Sequence record: OR539220.1
Length of the DNA: 64,000 nucleotides
Origin: Escherichia phage vB-Eco-KMB40
Strand: one strand, 5' to 3'
Program-made: the position numbers and the translations under genes
The notes under the pieces: generated by a model
Database searches by the model: none
What the model saw: only the letters and a program-made list of their open reading frames with translations
What the model was told of the DNA's origin: nothing
Shown here: positions 57,689 to 64,000 of the stretch, one piece after another
Layout: each line of letters starts with the position of its first letter
Position numbering within the stretch: position 1 is the stretch's first letter

Positions 57689-58026
57689 CTAGTACTCAAT
57701 CCTCGATTATAAGAATCTACCAAACGGTCAACCATTGAATGACAAGCGGCTTTATCTTTCTCCTCCGCAACTGAACATTCTAAGGTATTCCACTTTTTAG
57801 CATATCGTTTTAACAATGTATCATTTTTGTATCTGCTTGATTTATCTCTTTCTCCGTCTTTATATGCATATATTAATTTCTGTGCAAATTCAGCTTGGCA
57901 TGCTTTATTTTTCCCGCAATAATCCGCTGCAGTACGGTTTACATACTCTCTAATTTCAGTATATGATGTATCTGCTAACGCAGAAAATGAAATTAATCCT
58001 ATACATAAAACCAAAATTTTAGTCAT
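57685..58026 (-). CDS. secreted protein (113 aa), at position of vs
   Basis: signal peptide MTKILVLCIGLISFSALA. Confidence 0.4.
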   Translation of the reverse strand: MTKILVLCIGLISFSALADTSYTEIREYVNRTAADYCGKNKACQAEFAQKLIYAYKDGERDKSSRYKNDTLLKRYAKKWNTLECSVAEEKDKAACHSMVDRLVDSYNRGLSTR

Positions 58027-58564
58027 TTACTATTTCCAAAAGTTTATTATTTTTAAGGTAATTAGCCTTTTCTAGGACTTCAGAAGCATATTTAGAACCT
58101 GCTTTAACATTCCATCCCGAATTATAAGAGGATATTGCTTTTCTTATATCGCCCTTATGTATATTTAACCAATAAGAAAGTTCAATGTACGCCCAGGAAG
58201 CTGAATTGGACCGTTTATTCAACATTCTTTTTATTTCAGCATCGGTCATATTATAACCAAGTTCCTTAACTCTCGCTCGCATAGTAGGCAAATAATTTTG
58301 GAACATTCCATAAGCGTGATGCTTTGGTTTAGATTTTAAATTAACTCCGCCAGAGCTTTCTTGCCATAAAATGGCTGCCATTATATGACCTAATCCGCTC
58401 TTGTGGATATTTTTATGTGTTTTATATTTTCCATCCTTAGAAAATTGTTCCCCGAATTGATACGCGTAACGCATGTTATCGAGTTGGACATTACTGAAAG
58501 TATGCTCGGAGCTATGTGCCATCATTGAAATGGCCAATAGACCAGCGAGTAGTGCTTTTCTCAT
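58019..58564 (-). CDS. secreted lytic-transglycosylase-like protein (181 aa)
   Basis: signal peptide; SLT-like motif AAILWQESSGG. Confidence 0.5.
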   Translation of the reverse strand: MRKALLAGLLAISMMAHSSEHTFSNVQLDNMRYAYQFGEQFSKDGKYKTHKNIHKSGLGHIMAAILWQESSGGVNLKSKPKHHAYGMFQNYLPTMRARVKELGYNMTDAEIKRMLNKRSNSASWAYIELSYWLNIHKGDIRKAISSYNSGWNVKAGSKYASEVLEKANYLKNNKLLEIVND

Positions 58565-58571
58565 GCTTACC

Positions 58572-59033
58572 TCATTGAGTTTTAATTACTGCTTTAGAAG
58601 CCTTTCCTGGTAAACGACGACTGTTGATAATTGCCATCCTACATTGAAGTGACGGGTCTTTGAACTTCTCATTAGGTTTACAAACTGTAAATCCAAGCCA
58701 AAGATTTCCATCTGTAATTTCTAAACGTCCAGGACGATATTCAACTCCATCAATAAAATCCTCATCAATGTCAGGACGCGGAGGCATACTCAGGAATTCA
58801 TTAACTTCTAAAACATGGTCTTTTATTTTATGGAATAATTCAAAAACATATGTCTCATCAATCTCCCGTTGAATTGCACGATCAAGAAGATGTTGAGAAT
58901 ATTTTAGATGAAACGATGAGACCCCTGCTGCTTTTGATGCCTCACGAATCTCATTGTTAATTTGACGAAACTCCGACTCAAAGTGACGACGAAGCTTATT
59001 TCGACGGATAAAAACTTCTGTATTGATAGTCAT
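58572..59033 (-). CDS. regB: RegB endoribonuclease (153 aa)
   Basis: 153 aa as T4 RegB; promoter and SD upstream. Confidence 0.8.
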   Translation of the reverse strand: MTINTEVFIRRNKLRRHFESEFRQINNEIREASKAAGVSSFHLKYSQHLLDRAIQREIDETYVFELFHKIKDHVLEVNEFLSMPPRPDIDEDFIDGVEYRPGRLEITDGNLWLGFTVCKPNEKFKDPSLQCRMAIINSRRLPGKASKAVIKTQ

Positions 59034-59059
59034 GTTATTCTCCTCTTAACTGATAGAAA

Positions 59060-59089
59060 AATTATACCACAGTCAAGAGGAAAAGTAAA
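59060..59089 (-). promoter_or_regulatory. early sigma70-type promoter for regB
   Basis: GTTTAC at 59084-59089, TATAAT at 59060-59065. Confidence 0.55.
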
Positions 59090-59092
59090 CAG

Positions 59093-59371
59093 TTATTCTT
59101 TAAATCTAATCAATTTATTCATAGACTTTGAAACTTCTGCACGAACCTCATGTAAGTTTTTAAGCTGTTCAAGACGCTGCGTATAGTAAGCAATTTCATC
59201 TTCTTCGAGACAGTCCTGTGAATCTTCTTTAAGATAACGTGCATAGTCCTGGAAAGCTTTACGGACTACTTCCTGGAAGTCATCAAGACTTTGAATTTTC
59301 TTAGGAGCGACAGATACACGACGAGGTGCAGTATAATACTCATAACCAAACCCTGCGCTTAATTGAGCCAT
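59093..59371 (-). CDS. vs.3-position protein (92 aa)
   Basis: ATG at 59371 overlaps upstream stop (TAATG); track ORF starts further upstream. Confidence 0.4.
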   Translation of the reverse strand: MAQLSAGFGYEYYTAPRRVSVAPKKIQSLDDFQEVVRKAFQDYARYLKEDSQDCLEEDEIAYYTQRLEQLKNLHEVRAEVSKSMNKLIRFKE

Positions 59372-59637
59372 TAGTATTTTTCCTCTGGTTGGAACACTGC
59401 GCGACAAGCCCACATACTGGCTTCTTTGAGTTTCGTTTTAGCAATAGTTAACTGATCGAGGCTTTCGGCGTAATTCTTCGCGAGTTCATCATCTTCACAG
59501 CTATCAAATGCTTCCCAAAATTCATCGTATAAAGCATCAAAGATAAGTCCTAAACGAACTTCAGCGTCTTTAATAGCATTTACTTTACCGATTTTTTCGT
59601 CGGTATGTGGCTTATAACCTTTAATATCTTCAATCAT
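59371..59637 (-). CDS. acb2: vs.4-position protein, possible Acb2 cyclic-oligonucleotide sponge (88 aa)
   Basis: ATG at 59637 with SD GAGGAAG; second ORF upstream of regB; identification from recollection of T4 Vs.4. Confidence 0.4.
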   Translation of the reverse strand: MIEDIKGYKPHTDEKIGKVNAIKDAEVRLGLIFDALYDEFWEAFDSCEDDELAKNYAESLDQLTIAKTKLKEASMWACRAVFQPEEKY

Positions 59638-59851
59638 ATTTGACTTCCTCACCAGTACATAAATCGTATTCAACTAAACGAATAGGTTCATGAATGCCAT
59701 ATCCCTGAACAGAAATTTCTGTAGTAGGATAAATTCCATTAATATCACCCATGTTCCATGCTTCGTTAAATTGCTGTTCGCCTGAATTACTAAACCATTC
59801 GGCGAAAGCATTTAGCACATCTTCAGAACCTTCAATAATTATCTTTGCCAT
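59630..59851 (-). CDS. hypothetical small protein (73 aa)
   Basis: ORF in vs cluster. Confidence 0.4.
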   Translation of the reverse strand: MAKIIIEGSEDVLNAFAEWFSNSGEQQFNEAWNMGDINGIYPTTEISVQGYGIHEPIRLVEYDLCTGEEVKYD

Positions 59852-60213
59852 TACAAACTCTCGGTAAAGGTACGAGCGATAACGTCGCGCTGCTGTTCCG
59901 GAGTCAGAGAGTTAAAGCGAACTGCATAACCGGATACACGGATGGTCAGCTGCGGATATTTTTCCGGATGCTTAACTGCATCTTCCAGAGTTTCACGACG
60001 CAGAACGTTAACGTTCAGGTGTTGACCACCTTCAATTTTAACTGTAGGTTGTGGCTCAATTTCAATTTCACGGGCATGCAAACCATAGAAAATTTCTGGG
60101 TCTACAAAAGAGTCCTCTTTAAAGGTTTTAGAGACAATAATTCGTGCTTGAATACCATCTTCAAAATAAATAGTACCTTTATGTGTGCCTTCAAGAATTT
60201 GATATGCTTTCAT
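59851..60213 (-). CDS. autonomous glycyl-radical cofactor, GrcA/YfiD-like (120 aa)
   Basis: glycyl radical signature RVSGYAVRF and GQHLNVNVL...[15 protein letters not shown]. Confidence 0.7.
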   Translation of the reverse strand: MKAYQILEGTHKGTIYFEDGIQARIIVSKTFKEDSFVDPEIFYGLHAREIEIEPQPTVKIEGGQHLNVNVLRRETLEDAVKHPEKYPQLTIRVSGYAVRFNSLTPEQQRDVIARTFTESL

Positions 60214-60220
60214 ATAAACC

Positions 60221-60547
60221 TCAATTAGAAAATAAATTTATCCAAGATTGTTCTTTAATTAAAAATGGCTCAGAATCATATGCCATTAAACTTTGGGTGA
60301 TTAGTCCTTTAAAAGGTCCATCAATAAATTCCATGGTAAAATATGGAATTTTATTCATTAACTGTGCGTTAGGAGCAGTGCACAAAACTCTGCATCCTTT
60401 GAATACGCCTTTTTGTAATTTGTATTGCTTGGGATAAAATTCGCTTAAAATGTTGTTATTTGCCAAAATTTCAAAATGATTTACCAATTTATTTTTAATA
60501 GTTTTTGGCGAAAAATAGAGATATTCGAAAAGCTGTGTGTCTGTCAT
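60221..60547 (-). CDS. hypothetical protein (108 aa)
   Basis: track ORF trimmed to ATG at 60547 (TAATG overlap with upstream stop). Confidence 0.4.
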   Translation of the reverse strand: MTDTQLFEYLYFSPKTIKNKLVNHFEILANNNILSEFYPKQYKLQKGVFKGCRVLCTAPNAQLMNKIPYFTMEFIDGPFKGLITQSLMAYDSEPFLIKEQSWINLFSN

Positions 60548-61137
60548 TATTGCATTCCGATTACGAAAAACTGTGGACGAGTAATACCACCAATGCAACA
60601 TTTACTATTACAGCAGTAGTGTACAGTGTCAATATGGACGCTATAAATCTTATCCATATCAGGAGATTTGACAGGCTCATCAATTATATACAAAATTCGC
60701 GAAAGCGATAAACCTCTGAACTTGCTTCCTTTATTACCAATAAAACTGCGTACAGAATCAGTAAATAAACGAAAACGTATATCATCATTAGAATAACGCG
60801 AAAATTCCTTTTTAATGTTATTTGCAGAAATTTTAGCGTAAGCTGAAGTATTAGAAAGAACAATAACTGTTCCGCCATCATACAGCCAATTAGCAGCAAA
60901 GTTAGTCACAGCAATTGATTTACCGGATTGACGTCCACCATCTATACGAAGTGTGCAGTACTGTTTGAGCACATCTTCCATTGGTGGAAGATAATCATTC
61001 TTACAAAGTTCTTCTACTCTAGCATCAGAATGGTGTGTAAAAGCATTCATCAGGGATAGATAAGGTCCGGTTAAAAATGTTCTCATGTTATTTCTCTTAA
61101 GGTTTTTGGGCCATTCCGTGGCGCATGAATTGTCCAT
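60547..61137 (-). CDS. P-loop protein (196 aa; alternative ATG at 61086)
   Basis: Walker A-like DGGRQSGKS. Confidence 0.4.
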   Translation of the reverse strand: MDNSCATEWPKNLKRNNMRTFLTGPYLSLMNAFTHHSDARVEELCKNDYLPPMEDVLKQYCTLRIDGGRQSGKSIAVTNFAANWLYDGGTVIVLSNTSAYAKISANNIKKEFSRYSNDDIRFRLFTDSVRSFIGNKGSKFRGLSLSRILYIIDEPVKSPDMDKIYSVHIDTVHYCCNSKCCIGGITRPQFFVIGMQ

Positions 61138-61230
61138 TTCTGTATTTACCCATTACCGCACTCAGGCTCGACCTTATTACAGGTTGGCGGGAATCCCTCA
61201 TAGAATCATGAGGTCCAGGCTGTTCCCATA

Positions 61231-61704
61231 TTATTTGAACGATTTAACGTACTGAATAGAACCTTTACTATTTACAAAGGCAATTTTACCATTTTTATTA
61301 TACATGGTAGCAGTACGTTGATAACCATAAGTTTGTTTACCAGATTGATAACCAACTAATGCGAAATTATCTTCGCCCATTTTATTCTGTTTAGCGCGAA
61401 TGCGTTCATGACCATGTGCCATAAGAACCTTAGCATCACCGGTTGCAATGGATCGACGAGTTTTTTCATCTTCAACTGTATTAACAAAGTCGTCAAATGA
61501 ATCAAATTTAGCATGTGATTTATTATACAGTTTTCCATCTACTGCATAATTATATCCCTGTACATCCATCTCAACTTCTGTACCATCATCCAATACAGCA
61601 GTGATTTTTTGACCTTTTTTAAATTTCAAAAGATCAGTAAAAGATTCAGCAATAATTTGAGAATTAATAGCTGCTTCAGTGATAAATTCTTGATATGTTT
61701 TCAT
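61231..61704 (-). CDS. internal-protein-like protein with capsid targeting sequence (157 aa)
   Basis: N-terminus MKTYQEFITEA matches T4 IP targeting sequence MKTYQEFIAEA; adjacent to denV. Confidence 0.6.
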   Translation of the reverse strand: MKTYQEFITEAAINSQIIAESFTDLLKFKKGQKITAVLDDGTEVEMDVQGYNYAVDGKLYNKSHAKFDSFDDFVNTVEDEKTRRSIATGDAKVLMAHGHERIRAKQNKMGEDNFALVGYQSGKQTYGYQRTATMYNKNGKIAFVNSKGSIQYVKSFK

Positions 61705-61713
61705 ATGTTTCCT

Positions 61714-62130
61714 TTAAATGTAAATATTTTTACCGTAATACTTATACCAATGTGGTTTCATTAAAATTTTTTCATCAAGTCGTTGTTGACTCAATTTAAT
61801 AGCTGATTTGCATGGATTATAATCATTTTTCCATTCTACTGGAATATCGCTGATGTCAGGAACTTCAGTATCTTTTATACTGAACCCTCGTTTTAAGCAT
61901 TCCGTTATAATGTCTAATTGACGCTTTCGCAAAAATTCTAACTTATCGTAAAAGAACGTAACATGACCAGAACCTAAAATAAACTCGGAAGATATTTTAA
62001 AATCTTTAACGCGCTTACCGTTTGCCACATGCTTACGAACTATACCAAAAACACGTGGCAATTCACGATATTCTGCAATTAAATGCTGATCAGTAAGTTC
62101 AGATACTAAAGTCAAATTAATACGAGTCAT
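61714..62130 (-). CDS. denV: endonuclease V, pyrimidine-dimer DNA glycosylase (138 aa)
   Basis: [12 protein letters not shown]...[10 protein letters not shown]...WYKYYGK; 138 aa as T4 DenV, visibly diverged. Confidence 0.85.
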   Translation of the reverse strand: MTRINLTLVSELTDQHLIAEYRELPRVFGIVRKHVANGKRVKDFKISSEFILGSGHVTFFYDKLEFLRKRQLDIITECLKRGFSIKDTEVPDISDIPVEWKNDYNPCKSAIKLSQQRLDEKILMKPHWYKYYGKNIYI

Positions 62131-62155
62131 TTTATCCCTCCAAGTAACTGTGAAT

Positions 62156-62185
62156 ATACTATCACAATTCTAGGAGAAAGTAAAC
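62156..62185 (-). promoter_or_regulatory. early sigma70-type promoter for denV
   Basis: GTTTAC at 62180-62185, TAGTAT at 62156-62161, SD GGAGGG. Confidence 0.5.
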
Positions 62186-62189
62186 AACT

Positions 62190-62720
<531 letters not shown>

Positions 62721-63176
62721 TTAAAAGAGGCTGTTCATTATTCGGTAAAGTGAAGGACCCATCACATATTGCCACTGAGTACGAGGAATAAGAGCAAAAG
62801 CATCCATCTCTGGAATCATAACGCCATCTTTATTTTCAAAATAAGACTCGCAATGGCAATTTCTGAACATCTCATGCTCTACTGGAATCGTATAATAAAA
62901 TAACTGTAAGTCTTTATTACTAGAATATTTAAATACACCTAGGTCTTCTAGAAGGTCTGGATTATAATTGCTAAAACCAGTCTCTTCTAAACATTCTCTT
63001 CGTGCTGCATCTAATGCGCTTAAATCGAAATTTTCTACACGGCCCTTTGGAATATCCCAGCGATGTGCCATCATTCCAGGCTTACGAGAACCAGTAACCC
63101 GACCCATAAATAAATCTTTATCTTCTGTCATAAAGATAATACCAGCTGATAGTGTTTTCATTTTAATTTCCTGCAT
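62721..63176 (-). CDS. nudE: Nudix hydrolase (151 aa)
   Basis: Nudix box GRVENFDLSALDAARRECLEETG; position next to e. Confidence 0.8.
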   Translation of the reverse strand: MQEIKMKTLSAGIIFMTEDKDLFMGRVTGSRKPGMMAHRWDIPKGRVENFDLSALDAARRECLEETGFSNYNPDLLEDLGVFKYSSNKDLQLFYYTIPVEHEMFRNCHCESYFENKDGVMIPEMDAFALIPRTQWQYVMGPSLYRIMNSLF

Positions 63177-63646
63177 TCAGTGATAAAGTTATTTAAATTT
63201 TGAGTATATTTCTTTTCATCAAAAATCTTTTGCTGTCTGCGTAAACGCCATGGCATTTCAATGAACACGCACCATATTCCTGATAATATTGCTGCTGTCA
63301 AAATATTAACAATCATAATTAAAAGAATCCAATCTCCTGTTCTGCCTATTGGACTTTCACCAAAGAAGCAAAATACAAATGATGACACAGGAAGACTAAT
63401 GATATACCACAGAATCATAATCTTATTTGTAAACCAATCAGCGTTCGTTAGCTTAGCGCGACCATTATGAATACACACAAATTTATCATCTGTTATAATA
63501 GATGGCTTAGCTGCTTGATATCCCATTCTAAACTCCCTAATCAACAAATTTTTCATATCTTCGGAACAACCATTCCAGTCAACTCTATTAACTGAAATGC
63601 CATCATCCCCATCATCTAAATCATACCAGCGAGTTTTTAAAATCAT
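63158..63646 (-). CDS. membrane protein (162 aa)
   Basis: several hydrophobic segments. Confidence 0.45.
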   Translation of the reverse strand: MILKTRWYDLDDGDDGISVNRVDWNGCSEDMKNLLIREFRMGYQAAKPSIITDDKFVCIHNGRAKLTNADWFTNKIMILWYIISLPVSSFVFCFFGESPIGRTGDWILLIMIVNILTAAILSGIWCVFIEMPWRLRRQQKIFDEKKYTQNLNNFITECRKLK

Positions 63647-63942
63647 TTAATTTTCCTGCAATCACTCACAAACTCTTCCATTGATTCTTTTTCAATATAA
63701 GACATGTAGTTGTTATATTCCTTTAATTGTATTTTGTAATCCTTTTTTCTTTGCCAATTTATTTTAAAATTATCATAATGAAAATATAACATGGTACCAA
63801 AGAATGAAAATAATGAAATAATTTTAGTATAGTGAAGTTCACTCCAAACTTCTATTATATTTACTGTGCCGTCAATGTTTAAAATAATACAGTCAATTAA
63901 CAATCCAAAAAGACTACCCGCAAGAGCTGCAGCCAACGCCAC
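63643..63942 (-). CDS. membrane protein (99 aa)
   Basis: hydrophobic N-terminal half. Confidence 0.45.
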   Translation of the reverse strand: MALAAALAGSLFGLLIDCIILNIDGTVNIIEVWSELHYTKIISLFSFFGTMLYFHYDNFKINWQRKKDYKIQLKEYNNYMSYIEKESMEEFVSDCRKIK

Positions 63943-64000
63943 AGCAAAAATTAAAAATGACTCAGGAAGAGAATATTTGACTTTATTTAGTTTTGGCTTT

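Noticed and set aside
60684-61538. Embedded minus ORFs 60684..60899 and 61356..61538
   Set aside because: Alternative frames inside the P-loop and IP-like genes.

Overview
This window is the early/middle gene region of a T4-like (T-even, Tequatrovirus-type) coliphage, collinear with the T4 map from rIIA through lysozyme e and nudE. Almost every gene is on the minus strand, tightly packed with ATGA/TAATG stop-start overlaps. Recognised by motif, length and order: rIIA, unsplit gene 39, motB, dexA, dda, modA/modB, soc, 56, 61, dmd, 41, uvsX, 42, imm, 43, regA, 62/44/45, rpbA, 46/47, a-gt, 55, nrdH/nrdG/nrdD, 49, pin, nrdC, rI, tk, regB, denV, e, nudE. Regulatory signals are also readable: a family of early promoters (GTTTAC, then TATAAT-like 18 nt away), several MotA-box middle promoters, three TATAAATA late promoters (soc, rI, e) and eleven UUCG-tetraloop terminator hairpins. 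Nothing looks like a single new multi-gene system; the most unusual items are local. They are: a perfect 55-bp tandem duplication that frameshifts a gene at 53.4 kb; a free-standing HNH homing endonuclease between genes 46 and 46.1 whose 5' end duplicates the start of 46.1; a non-T4 GT-A glycosyltransferase at the beta-gt locus; internal-protein-like genes with capsid-targeting N-termini; a lone plus-strand membrane ORF between 56 and 61; and a nucleotidyltransferase/ATPase pair. Several small genes under 60 aa are absent from the ORF track. All homology statements are from memory of T4 proteins and motifs, not from database searches.
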